Source: Desulfobacterales bacterium
GTDB lineage: Bacteria > Desulfobacterota > Desulfobacteria > Desulfobacterales > UBA11574
Direction: 5' to 3'
Length of the DNA stretch: 49,900 bases
Assembly (NCBI GenBank): GCA_012974475.1
Contig: JAAXQD010000219.1
Span: 1 to 49,900, forward strand
Of the stretch, positions 26,997 to 36,122 are shown in pieces (positions within the stretch are counted from its first letter, which is position 1; each line of letters begins with the position of its first letter). The notes below the pieces were generated by a model that worked only from the letters and a program-made list of their open reading frames with translations, searched no databases and had not been told where the DNA came from. The position numbers and the translations under genes were made by a program.

Positions 26997-28223
26997 TTGA
27001 CTTACCTCGTTAGCCTGACAGTTTTTTCCTCAATCATCTTCATCCTTGTGGGGCTCCTTTTGCTGGTGGAAGCCAAGGTCGTCAAAAAGGACGACTGTGA
27101 TATTGTTATCAATGATGACGAGGAGAAAAGCTTAAAGGTGCCCGGTGGTATCACACTTTTGTCTGCGCTTGCCGCCAATGAGATTTATATTCCATCGGCC
27201 TGTGGCGGGGGCGGTTCATGCGGGACATGCAAGTGCGTGGTAGAAGAGGGTGGAAGAGGTATTCTGCCCACCGAGCTTGCCCATCTGACCCGACGGGAAA
27301 AAAAGGAAAATGTTCGTCTATCCTGTCAGCTCAAGGTCAAAGAAAATATGAAGATTCGGCTGCCGGAAGAAATCTTCAATGTTAAAAAATACGGCGCTAC
27401 TGTGGTTTCAAACGACAATGTTGCGACATTTATCAAGGAACTGGTACTGAAACTCGATCCCGGCGAAGCACTTGAATTCAAGGCCGGGGCCTATATACAG
27501 ATTGATATTCCGGAGTATGGGTTTTCGTTTTCAGAATTCAGGGCCAGGGTGGCCGAACGTTTCAGGCCCGACTGGGATGCCTTCAACCTCTGGGGGTTGC
27601 AGTCAAAGGCAGAAGAGCCGATTTTCAGAGCCTATTCCGTGGCAAATCCTCCCAGTGAAAAAGACATCTTGGAATTTACGATCCGGATCGCCACCCCGCC
27701 CCCCGGGGTTATAGAAGCACCCCCCGGCATAGGATCATCTTATATTTTCAATTTGAAACCGGACGACCGGGTGACATTAAGCGGTCCTTATGGAGATTTT
27801 TTTACTAAGGAAACCGAAAGGGAAATGTGTTTCGTTGGCGGCGGCGCCGGAATGGCGCCGCTAAGGTCTCATATTTTTCACCAACTCAATACATTGAAAA
27901 CAAAACGGAAAATCACGTTTTGGTACGGGGCCCGATCAAAGCTGGAGCTGTTTTTCGAAAAAGAATTCAGGGATTTGGAAAAAATATATGAGAATTTCTC
28001 ATTTCACGTGGCATTATCTCAGCCCAAAGAAGCGGATGATTGGGAAGGTATGACCGGATATATCCACCAGTGTCTGCTTGACCATTACCTTATCCAACAT
28101 GAGGATCCCACCGAAATTGAATATTATCTCTGCGGCCCGCCCCTAATGATTGATGCCATTGAAGATATGCTGGACAATCTCGGGGTGGACCCGGAAATGA
28201 TCGCCTACGACAAATTCGGTTGA
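26997..28223 (+). CDS. nqrF: Na+-NQR subunit F (2Fe-2S, FAD, NADH-binding)
   Basis: TTG start with an AAGGAA SD. N-terminal TM, 2Fe-2S motif CGGGGSCGTCKC, FAD motif RAYSVAN, NADH motif GGGAGMAP. Confidence 0.9.
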   Translation: MTYLVSLTVFSSIIFILVGLLLLVEAKVVKKDDCDIVINDDEEKSLKVPGGITLLSALAANEIYIPSACGGGGSCGTCKCVVEEGGRGILPTELAHLTRREKKENVRLSCQLKVKENMKIRLPEEIFNVKKYGATVVSNDNVATFIKELVLKLDPGEALEFKAGAYIQIDIPEYGFSFSEFRARVAERFRPDWDAFNLWGLQSKAEEPIFRAYSVANPPSEKDILEFTIRIATPPPGVIEAPPGIGSSYIFNLKPDDRVTLSGPYGDFFTKETEREMCFVGGGAGMAPLRSHIFHQLNTLKTKRKITFWYGARSKLELFFEKEFRDLEKIYENFSFHVALSQPKEADDWEGMTGYIHQCLLDHYLIQHEDPTEIEYYLCGPPLMIDAIEDMLDNLGVDPEMIAYDKFG

Positions 28224-28402
28224 TATTCCGAGGATTTATCTCCGGAGGCCAGCCGGCAGGGACATGCCATATAACCATAACGTTCTTTATTGGTTGTCAG
28301 GGCTTGCAACAGTTCGAGCACTCGGTGTCGATCCTCGTTAAAGTAGTACCCCTTGGCTTCCTGGATTTTTTTTAGCATGTTGTAAAGTTTTTCGACGTCC
28401 AT
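28205..28402 (-). CDS. Ferredoxin:thioredoxin reductase catalytic-subunit-like protein, C-terminally truncated (possible pseudogene)
   Basis: 65 aa. The N-terminal helices and the first CPC motif (YMACPCRLASGDK) are present. The second CPC and the CHC motif are absent. The ORF tail overlaps the convergent nqrF 3' end by 19 nt. Confidence 0.55.
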   Translation of the reverse strand: MDVEKLYNMLKKIQEAKGYYFNEDRHRVLELLQALTTNKERYGYMACPCRLASGDKSSEYQPNLS

Positions 28403-28656
28403 TACAGTCCCAGTGCCCCCCTTATTTCTTTTTCCTTGAATCCTACGATGACGGTGTCACCGATGATAATGGTGGGAAAAGAGCATTTCGGGTTGAATTT
28501 TTTAACGTCTTCCAGAATGGCCTGACGCTCTTCTCCTTCCAGGAGATCGACATCGACAAAATCGTACATAACCGTACAGTCTGCAAGCAGTTTTTTAGTC
28601 GATTTGCAATGACTGCAGGTGCTCAGAGAATAAACTTTAATCGTATTATCAGACAT
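28402..28656 (-). CDS. Glutaredoxin-like small redox protein
   Basis: 84 aa. CSHC active site after a beta1 strand (IKVYSLSTCSHCKSTKKLL). The stop overlaps the FTRc-like ATG (TAATG). Confidence 0.75.
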   Translation of the reverse strand: MSDNTIKVYSLSTCSHCKSTKKLLADCTVMYDFVDVDLLEGEERQAILEDVKKFNPKCSFPTIIIGDTVIVGFKEKEIRGALGL

Positions 28657-28832
28657 ATGAATATCCTTTTTTTGGCATACGTGCCATTGGGTTGGAGCCT
28701 TCGATCACTTCAGCATTTTTGGCACCCTTTTATCTCATATTTAATGGAATTTTACAACACTCACTTCAAAGTTTCTACGCTGTGACAAAAAAGTTTTATT
28801 TTAAAAGAGTTAGGCCTGTTTTTTATGCGACG

Positions 28833-31022
28833 TCAGGGTTTGCCGGATCCGACTCGATTCAACAGATTTTTTACTGCCTCCGGGTCTGTCACCGGTGGCT
28901 TGCAGGCGTTGTCCGTGCAAACATAAGCTGTAGCCGTGTTATCTATTCTTCTAACAGATGCCATAAACGGGAGATGTCGGGCCAGTCGTTCCCGGCTCAC
29001 GTCATTGTCCACCAGGACAACCATTTTGCCGGGAATGAAAAGAGAATTTACAGCGGTCAGCATTGCCCGCGTATCTTCTGTGCTGCGGTCTCCGGCGATG
29101 ACCACTTCAATCGGTTTGACCCGTGACGTGATCAGGGCGACCAGAAGCTCAGCCGCTGAATCCGGATGTGAACCGATTCTTTCCGAAACGCTCTTTATAG
29201 TATCCTCGGCCACGGTGGAATAGCCTCTGGAATCGCCAAATCGTGCGAGACGCAGCAGATTCAGCGCCGCCACCGACGCGGCCGAAGGGATCACACTGTC
29301 CGCATCCTCTTTGATGCGCAAATCGATTTTTTCATCATGTCCTTTGCGGGTCATGAAAAATCCCCCATGTTCCGTGTCATAAAACAGTTCTATCTGCGCG
29401 TCCATGAGTTCAAGTGCCCATTCGAGCCAGTCCGGATCAAAGCCGGCTTCATAAAGATCGATAAGGCCCTGGGTTAAAAAAGCGTAGTCATCGGCCATGC
29501 CGGAGATTTTTCTTTCGCCTGTGCGCCACCGTCTGAAAAGTTGTCGAGTCTTAGCATCATAAAGGTTTTTTCTGATAAATTCCGCTGCCTTTTCTGCGGC
29601 CTCCAGATATCTATCTTCACCCAAAACCTGGTAGGCTCTGGAAAGGGAGGATATCATCAGACCGTTCCACGAGGTCAGAATTTTATCGTCGAGATGCGGC
29701 CGGGGTCTTTCCGTACGTGCCGCAAACAGTTTTCTTTTTGATTGTTTTAACGAGGTTTCGATGTCTTCGTTTGACAGGTTGAAATGATCGGCGACTTTGT
29801 CAATGGAATGGGCAGCAAACAGAATATTTTTCCCTTTGAATTCATCAAAAGGATCATTTTCGGCATTCCCCTCGGCTTTAACGCCGTAGCGGAATGAAAA
29901 GATTTCTCCTGCATCAGTGCCTAACAGCGCATGGATCTCCTTTTTCGTCCACACATAGAATGCGCCTTCAACTTTCTTTTCATGCCCCTTATTTGAGCGT
30001 GTCTCTGCAGGAAGACTGTCTGCATCTTCTGCCGAATAAAATCCCCCTTCAGGGTGGGTCATATCCCCTAGGACATAATCCGCTGTTTCCCCGGCAATCT
30101 CTTCGAAAACCCTGTCCCGGGTAATTAGATATGCATCCAGATAGTTTTTTAGCAGCTGGGCGTTGTCATACAGCATCTTTTCAAAATGGGGAACATGCCA
30201 TTTTGCGTCCGTGGAATAGCGATGAAATCCTCCGCCCAATTGATCATAAATCCCGCCATTCGCCATCGCACGAAGTGTGAAATCGCCCATTTCACGGGCC
30301 GGAGTTATTTTTTTAACTTTTTCGACGCCGTTTCCATAATAAAAGTCGTAAGCAAATAGAAAGTTCTGAATCGACGGAGACGGAAACTTTGGCGCAGGAC
30401 TGAAACCGCCAAGGCTTTTATCGAACCTTGAGGAAAATCGATCCAGTGCAGTGTGGAGCAAGTTTGAATCGATGGATGCATCGCTGGACGTCCATGACAG
30501 TGCCTGGGTAATCCCCTCATGAAGTTTCTGGCTGAAAGATTGAAACTTTTCCCGCTGGTCAGGGTCTTTCCACCCAACGGCAATCAGCCTTAAAAGATCA
30601 GGCCATGCAAAAGACCCTTGTCTGGGTTCAGGGGAAAAATAGGTGCCCCCGTAAAACGGCTTAAGATCCGGTGTCAAAAAAACATTCAGCGGCCATCCTC
30701 CTGAACCGGTAATTGCCGAAACCGCGGTCATGTATATTTTGTCGAGATCCGGCCGCTCTTCCCGGTCCACTTTGATACAGACGAAGTGAGTGTTCATCAA
30801 TTCAGCGATGTCCGAATTCATGAACGATTCCGATTCCATAACATGGCACCAGTGGCATGTGGAATAACCGATGGATAGAAGAATCGGTTTGTCCTCCTGA
30901 CGGGTTTTTTCCAGGGCTGCTTCGCCCCATGGATACCAGTCAACCGGATTGTAGGCATGCTGGAGAAGATAGGGGCTTTTCTCATGAATAAGGCGGTTAG
31001 GTTTTTCTTTGTTTTCAGTCAT
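28833..31022 (-). CDS. yyaL: Thioredoxin-domain protein of the YyaL/DUF255 (SSP411-like) family
   Basis: I prefer the ATG at 31022 (GAGGAG SD 6 nt upstream). N-terminus [18 protein letters not shown] and CHWCHVM, followed by a long six-hairpin-like C-terminal region. Confidence 0.85.
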   Translation of the reverse strand: MTENKEKPNRLIHEKSPYLLQHAYNPVDWYPWGEAALEKTRQEDKPILLSIGYSTCHWCHVMESESFMNSDIAELMNTHFVCIKVDREERPDLDKIYMTAVSAITGSGGWPLNVFLTPDLKPFYGGTYFSPEPRQGSFAWPDLLRLIAVGWKDPDQREKFQSFSQKLHEGITQALSWTSSDASIDSNLLHTALDRFSSRFDKSLGGFSPAPKFPSPSIQNFLFAYDFYYGNGVEKVKKITPAREMGDFTLRAMANGGIYDQLGGGFHRYSTDAKWHVPHFEKMLYDNAQLLKNYLDAYLITRDRVFEEIAGETADYVLGDMTHPEGGFYSAEDADSLPAETRSNKGHEKKVEGAFYVWTKKEIHALLGTDAGEIFSFRYGVKAEGNAENDPFDEFKGKNILFAAHSIDKVADHFNLSNEDIETSLKQSKRKLFAARTERPRPHLDDKILTSWNGLMISSLSRAYQVLGEDRYLEAAEKAAEFIRKNLYDAKTRQLFRRWRTGERKISGMADDYAFLTQGLIDLYEAGFDPDWLEWALELMDAQIELFYDTEHGGFFMTRKGHDEKIDLRIKEDADSVIPSAASVAALNLLRLARFGDSRGYSTVAEDTIKSVSERIGSHPDSAAELLVALITSRVKPIEVVIAGDRSTEDTRAMLTAVNSLFIPGKMVVLVDNDVSRERLARHLPFMASVRRIDNTATAYVCTDNACKPPVTDPEAVKNLLNRVGSGKP

Positions 31023-31216
31023 TCTGCGCTCCTCGACCGAATTCATTCGTCGGATTTTGACAGGCTACATTGTGGTATATATTTTTATTGGTAATAATTA
31101 TCATTAATGATTTGACTGTCAACTTTCAAACAACAAATATTTCCACGAAGGAGGTAGAATGGAAAAACAGAAAGTTTTATCCAAAAAGAAAGAATAAGAA
31201 CAGAACCGCGAAAATA

Positions 31217-31420
31217 GAAATTCCGAAAATCGTAAACAAAGGCGTCCATGGGTTCTCCCATGAGTACATCAATTGCATGCTCGGCGGATCCTTCCGAGCA
31301 TCTCATGCGCCGTTGAATGACAATATCATTAACGGCAGGATCCGGGGGGTGGCCGGTGGGATGCGGTATACCAATCCCAGGGTAAAACAGGACTGGGTTC
31401 ATGTGGAGATGGTCAAAGAG
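31217..31420 (+). pseudogene. Internal fragment resembling anaerobic CO dehydrogenase catalytic subunit (CooS-like relic)
   Basis: The frame of track ORF 31070..31483 reads GFSHEYINCMLGGSF...PLNDNIINGRIRGVAGGMRYTNPRVKQDWVHVEMVKE. From memory, CooS has GFS.E.I...LGG...PL.DAI..G.I.GV.G.VGCNNPKVKQD..HV...KE. Here the conserved GC is RY, and there is no flanking CODH sequence. Confidence 0.4.
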
Positions 31421-31443
31421 GGCTCCTTTTCGGAGCCCTCTTT
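31415..31443. terminator. Perfect 12-bp hairpin immediately after the sigma54 activator stop (bidirectional terminator candidate)
   Basis: AAAGAGGGCTCC (31415-31426), loop TTTTC, GGAGCCCTCTTT (31432-31443). A T-run follows on the + strand. On the - strand it begins 1 nt after the TGA at 31447-31445. Confidence 0.6.
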
Positions 31444-31444
31444 T

Positions 31445-32806
31445 TCATCGCCCGTCGGGCATGGTTTCAGGATGATCACTTAAAAATCGGTACAGGGTGG
31501 CCCGTCCCACGCCGAGCAACCGTGAAGCTTTTGCTTTGTTACCGCCGGTTTTTTCCAAGGCCGATTTTACGATTTCAATATTCAGTTTCCTCGAAGCCCC
31601 GCGGGAGGAACGGAGGATGCTCTCATCCTTGAGCTCCATGGGAAGATCTTTGGGAAAGATAGTATCGCCGCTGCAATTTACAATGGCAAATTGGATGACA
31701 TTCTGCAATTCCCGAACATTGCCCGGCCAGTGATAGCCCATCATTATCGAAAGGGCTTCCTTAGAGACTTCTGGCGGTTTACTGTCATGCATCTCCTCGG
31801 CTTCGTTCAAGAAATGTTCCATAAGAAGCGGAATGTCGTTTCTCCGCTCACGAAGCGTTGGAAGCTGTATCGGAATGACGTTAAGCCTGTAAAAAAGGTC
31901 TTTACGAAAATTGTTCTGCTGAACCTCTTTTTTGAGATTCTTGTTGGTGGCACTCACCACCCGCACGTTAACGGAAGTCGTTTTTTCACCTCCGACCTTT
32001 TCAAATGTGCCATCCTGAAGAAATCGCAAGAGTTTTACCTGCATCGGTTTGGAAAGGTCGGCAATCTCGTCGAGGAAAATGGTGCCCCTGTCAGCCAGTT
32101 CAAAACGTCCTTTTTTGTTGCGGACGGCCCCTGAAAACGCCCCTTTAACATGACCGAACAGCTCACTTTCAATGAGACTTTCCGGGAGCGCCCCACAGTT
32201 AATCGGGACAAAAGGAGCACCGCTTCTGGGACTTTCATTGTGAATGGCGTTGGCCACCAGTTCTTTGCCGGTCCCGGTTTCTCCGGAAATATGCACCGGG
32301 TAATCATACCCGGCAACATCCCGGATCTGCTGGAAAACCGTCAGCATTTTGCTGTCTTTGCCGAGAATACCTGAAAAACTGGAAATTTTACGAGCTCGAA
32401 TCGAAAGGTTTAAAAAATCGGTCATATCGGTTAATGCAGCCAACACCCCGAAGTTTTGATTGTTTTCATCCTTCATGGTCGTAACGGACATTTTCACCCG
32501 TCGGGACTCATTGTTTTTCGTTGCAATATTGATTGTATATTCGGTTTTATCGTTAAAAACATCTTTGATGCCGCAGAAAGTACACTGCCCACCGCACAGC
32601 GGGGCTCCAAAAACTTCATGACAATCTTTCCCAAGAACTTCTTCCCTGTTGTATCCGGTTATTTTTTCGGCCTGTTCATTGAAATAAAAGATTTGTCGAC
32701 TCAAGTCATGGGCGATAATACCGACGTCGAGGTTTTCTAGAATCCGTTCCAGGTTTTTCCTGTTGGATAGTATTTTTGATAGGTTAGATTCTGACATGGT
32801 GGTCAT
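31445..32806 (-). CDS. Sigma54-dependent transcriptional activator with an N-terminal PAS domain (no receiver)
   Basis: 453 aa. AAA+ Walker A GETGTGKE, sigma54-contact loop GAFSGA, Walker B IFLDEI, C-terminal Fis-type HTH ASRLLGVGRATLYR. The PAS domain carries 4 clustered Cys. Confidence 0.9.
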   Translation of the reverse strand: MTTMSESNLSKILSNRKNLERILENLDVGIIAHDLSRQIFYFNEQAEKITGYNREEVLGKDCHEVFGAPLCGGQCTFCGIKDVFNDKTEYTINIATKNNESRRVKMSVTTMKDENNQNFGVLAALTDMTDFLNLSIRARKISSFSGILGKDSKMLTVFQQIRDVAGYDYPVHISGETGTGKELVANAIHNESPRSGAPFVPINCGALPESLIESELFGHVKGAFSGAVRNKKGRFELADRGTIFLDEIADLSKPMQVKLLRFLQDGTFEKVGGEKTTSVNVRVVSATNKNLKKEVQQNNFRKDLFYRLNVIPIQLPTLRERRNDIPLLMEHFLNEAEEMHDSKPPEVSKEALSIMMGYHWPGNVRELQNVIQFAIVNCSGDTIFPKDLPMELKDESILRSSRGASRKLNIEIVKSALEKTGGNKAKASRLLGVGRATLYRFLSDHPETMPDGR

Positions 32807-32846
32807 TTATAAAATATCGGCAAGTTTTTGTCAAACCTCTAAATTT

Positions 32847-33641
32847 TCATATGCTCAATTGAGATAAAAGACTGTTCATATCCATACCCTCCCGGATCCC
32901 GAACCGTGTCAATGAAAAGTCATACTTTACGGGATCATCGGGGACAAAATTTTTAAAGCCGTCGGTTATTTCAAGGGCAGCATGCATGTTCGCCTGTTTT
33001 TTTGAAGTGAAACCCAATTGAAGGCTTATTTTATGCATGTGGGTATCCAGCGGAACGATCAGTTTTGACAACGGTACATCCGCCCACCCTCCGGGATCGA
33101 CGCGGTCTTTTCGAACCATCCACCTTAAAAATAGGTTCATTCTTTTGCATGCGCTCCCTTTTTCAGGCAAAGCGACAAGATGGCCCGGTTTATTTTTTCC
33201 TGCGGTCAGCGTTTTCGCAAAAAAGGTCATGGCAGGGATTATGGTCTTGTCATCGGGCGACAGGTTATCAACAAAACACCCGTTGAGGGAACCAAATTGG
33301 GCGATGACGTTCTTCGCCCCCCAGAGCAACGCCGCAAGCTGGGCCCCGCTGGCGAATCTATGGGTAAAACCCTCAAATGCATTGCACAGGGAGGTATAAT
33401 TAGAATTCATTAAAAACCGGTACGGCGACGGTTTCATGATATCAAGCACCGATGAGACACTTTTGAGAATTTGTTTCACCTTGCCGTATGCAAGAGAAGA
33501 TGCTATCAGTCCAACGACTTCGCGATTCTTGATATCCGGATATGAATATAGAAATTCCAGTGGATCGGGATGAACATATGTGCGCCGATTATATCGGCGA
33601 TACAAATTTTCCAGTGTAATTTTGATATTTTCCTGATTCAT
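32847..33641 (-). CDS. DUF2400 / TIGR02757-family protein
   Basis: 264 aa. The N-terminus YRRYNRRTYVHPDPLEFLYSY...EVVGLIASSLAYGKV matches my recollection of this family. Function unknown. Confidence 0.5.
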   Translation of the reverse strand: MNQENIKITLENLYRRYNRRTYVHPDPLEFLYSYPDIKNREVVGLIASSLAYGKVKQILKSVSSVLDIMKPSPYRFLMNSNYTSLCNAFEGFTHRFASGAQLAALLWGAKNVIAQFGSLNGCFVDNLSPDDKTIIPAMTFFAKTLTAGKNKPGHLVALPEKGSACKRMNLFLRWMVRKDRVDPGGWADVPLSKLIVPLDTHMHKISLQLGFTSKKQANMHAALEITDGFKNFVPDDPVKYDFSLTRFGIREGMDMNSLLSQLSI

Positions 33642-33781
33642 TTTTGTTCAGGGTTGATAAAATCGGGTTTTTATTTAATCATTGGATAGATTGTTTGGAT
33701 TGTTGTTTCTAAAAACAATATTAATACATCTTTTTATGCGACTTAAATTTTTAAATTTACCGAAATACATATCGAATTCTC

Positions 33782-34945
33782 ATGAAAAACGAAACCAATA
33801 ACATATATCGCCTCTTTTTTGAAGACAAAGAGGTCATACTTTTGGGCACAGCGCACATATCCAAAGCCAGTGAACAGCTGGTGGCGGATGTCATCGAAGC
33901 CGAAAGACCGGACACCGTCTGCGTTGAACTGTGCGAAGCCAGATATCAATCCATTCGTCAAAAAGATAAATGGCTGGACACGGATATCATTAAGGTCATC
34001 AAAGAGAAAAAATCCTTTCTGCTTCTCTCGAATCTTCTTCTGGCGTCTTTTCAAAAACGGATCGCCGATAAATTCGACATTAAACCCGGAGCGGAAATGA
34101 TAAAGGCCATTGAAAGCGGTGAAGCCATCGGCGCCGGAATACATCTTGCCGACAGGAACATCCGTATAACCCTGGCAAAAACCTGGCGGGTCATGGGATT
34201 GTGGGATAAAATTAAACTTTTGTTTCAACTGGTCCTGTCCATGGGTGACATCGACGAAATCAGCGAAGAAGATATTGAAAAGATGAAACAAGAGGATGTA
34301 CTTGAGACCCTGCTGGTAGATGTTGGGAAATCACTTCCGGTACTCAAAGATATCCTCATCGATGAAAGGGACCAGTACCTGACCCATAAAATCCGGACGG
34401 CAGCCGGCAAAAAGATCGTTGCGGTTGTCGGTGCCGGCCATGTGCCGGGTATTAAAAAGTACTGGAACACCGAAATAGACATGGCGCGTTTAGAACAAAT
34501 CCCTCCCAAGAAGAAGATATCGGGCCTCTTGAAATGGCTGATACCTTTCGCCATATTTGTCATACTTGTTTTCGGCTTTTATCATGGCGGGACCCATGCA
34601 GGGGCTGAAATGATCACCTGGTGGGTAATGGCAAACGGTATTCTGGCAGGCCTTGGCGCCGTTGTCGCTTTTGCGCATCCGTTAACGATTCTATCTTCAG
34701 TTCTGGCCGCTCCGTTGACCTCGTTGAATCCCATGATTGCAGCCGGCTGGGTTTCAGGGCTTGTGGAGGCCTTTTCACGGAAACCGAAGGTCAGGGATTT
34801 TGAGAATTTGCCGGAGGACATACTCTCCATAAGGGGTTTCTGGAGAAATAAGATTACGCGAATTCTTCTGGTGGTGGTTTTTACAAATATCGGCAGTTCA
34901 TTGGGCACCTTTGTTGCCATTCCGTTGATGGTAAAAGTGTTGTAA
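33782..34945 (+). CDS. TraB/GumN-family protein with C-terminal membrane domain
   Basis: 387 aa. Contains VILLGTAHISKAS, PDTVCVELCEARY and VVGAGHVPG, plus ~4 C-terminal TM helices. Confidence 0.75.
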   Translation: MKNETNNIYRLFFEDKEVILLGTAHISKASEQLVADVIEAERPDTVCVELCEARYQSIRQKDKWLDTDIIKVIKEKKSFLLLSNLLLASFQKRIADKFDIKPGAEMIKAIESGEAIGAGIHLADRNIRITLAKTWRVMGLWDKIKLLFQLVLSMGDIDEISEEDIEKMKQEDVLETLLVDVGKSLPVLKDILIDERDQYLTHKIRTAAGKKIVAVVGAGHVPGIKKYWNTEIDMARLEQIPPKKKISGLLKWLIPFAIFVILVFGFYHGGTHAGAEMITWWVMANGILAGLGAVVAFAHPLTILSSVLAAPLTSLNPMIAAGWVSGLVEAFSRKPKVRDFENLPEDILSIRGFWRNKITRILLVVVFTNIGSSLGTFVAIPLMVKVL

Positions 34946-34957
34946 TCCCAATTGAGA

Positions 34958-35773
34958 ATGAACAAAATGAAACAACCCATTCGTATCGGAGCACTGGTAT
35001 CGGGGAGCGGCACCAACCTGCAGGCCATTATGGATGCGTGTGAATTGGGGGATATCGACGGCAGTATCGTATTCATCGGGTCGGATACTCCCGATGCCGC
35101 CGGCCTCAAAAGGGGGCGTCGGCTTAACATCCCGACCTTTGTCGTAAATTATGGCTCCATCATTCGACGATATAAAAAAACACCGGAGACGGTAACAGTT
35201 CCGGATGACTTCGATCTAAGCACCGTACTTTCAAAGCAAACGCTTTTCCCTGCAGATGCCGATGGGGAAACGGTAAAAGCCTTTTTCATTACCCGGGCTG
35301 CTGCCGAAGCAAAGCTCCTTGAGCGGATGAACCCGTATCCCTTTGACCTTCTGGTGCTGGCGGGGTTCATGCGGAATTTGACGCCGTATTTTATCGACAG
35401 GGTCAATACAGTACCGGACCACCCACGAATAATGAATATCCATCCTGCCCTGCTCCCGGCGTTTCCCGGCATTGACGGTTATGGGGATACGTTTCGCTAT
35501 GGATGTAAGATGGGCGGATGTACCGTGCATTTTGTCGATTACGGCGAGGATTCAGGTCCGATTATCGGTCAAAGGGCTTATGAAATCTTCGAGGATGACA
35601 CCCTGGCGTCGGTCCGGGAAAAAGGTCTCAAGCTGGAATGGGAACTTTACCCGAAATGTGTCAAGATGTTCGCTGAAGGGCGTCTTAAGAAGATCCGGGA
35701 GACCTACCCACTGAAAGACGGGAAAAAAATGCACAGAACTGTGGTGAGGATATTACCGCCGCCAAAAAGATAG
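34958..35773 (+). CDS. purN: Phosphoribosylglycinamide formyltransferase (long form)
   Basis: Contains IGALVSGSGTNLQAI, LVLAGFM, NIHPALLP and GCTVHFV motifs. The start is ambiguous (34958 or 34967). It is ~40 aa longer than E. coli PurN between the first two motifs. Confidence 0.85.
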   Translation: MNKMKQPIRIGALVSGSGTNLQAIMDACELGDIDGSIVFIGSDTPDAAGLKRGRRLNIPTFVVNYGSIIRRYKKTPETVTVPDDFDLSTVLSKQTLFPADADGETVKAFFITRAAAEAKLLERMNPYPFDLLVLAGFMRNLTPYFIDRVNTVPDHPRIMNIHPALLPAFPGIDGYGDTFRYGCKMGGCTVHFVDYGEDSGPIIGQRAYEIFEDDTLASVREKGLKLEWELYPKCVKMFAEGRLKKIRETYPLKDGKKMHRTVVRILPPPKR

Positions 35774-35783
35774 TTTGTGCAAT

Positions 35784-36122
35784 ATGAGAAGGTTATCGTT
35801 CAAGTTTTTCATTTTGACGGCCATGCTGCTGGGTTCGCCGGTGTTGGGAATTCTTCTGGCCGGCCATCCGGTGGCAAGATATCTGGAATTTCCCCCCGAA
35901 AGCCGGTATGTTCGCCATGCACCGTTTTCGTGGGTTGCGTTTGCCCTTTACACACTTTTCATTGGTGCTGTAACAATTCCGGTCATTTTAAACGCTGCAA
36001 AATCCTTCAGACAGATTAAAATTGAATCTTCGCCGACCCGGTCGTTCCCCTGGCGGGGATGGAATGACTTCAAACCTTTGGATGTGCACATCCTAAAATA
36101 TCGGCCTATGCCGGTCTCATGA
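35784..36122 (+). CDS. Hypothetical membrane protein (possibly the 5' part of a split gene)
   Basis: Two or three TM helices followed by a non-hydrophobic tail after FPWRGW. The stop overlaps the next ORF's ATG (ATGA). Confidence 0.35.
   Translation: MRRLSFKFFILTAMLLGSPVLGILLAGHPVARYLEFPPESRYVRHAPFSWVAFALYTLFIGAVTIPVILNAAKSFRQIKIESSPTRSFPWRGWNDFKPLDVHILKYRPMPVS

Noticed and set aside
28720-28735. TGGCAC hexamer on the plus strand (sigma54 -24-like)
   Set aside because: There is no TTGC at the -12 spacing, and no plus-strand gene downstream.
31159-31197. 12-codon Lys-rich micro-ORF (MEKQKVLSKKKE) with an AAGGAGG SD
   Set aside because: The SD is perfect, but the spacing is only 4 nt and the peptide is too short to support from sequence alone. 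It may be a leftover leader or RBS of the decayed CODH gene.
31085-31402. 105-aa minus-strand ORF opposite the CooS-like fragment
   Set aside because: No recognisable features. The opposite strand carries the only family-like signal, and even that is a relic.
33743-35130. Minus-strand ORFs of 182, 112 and 182 aa overlapping traB and purN
   Set aside because: They are antisense to genes with clear family motifs. The translations show no domain-like features.
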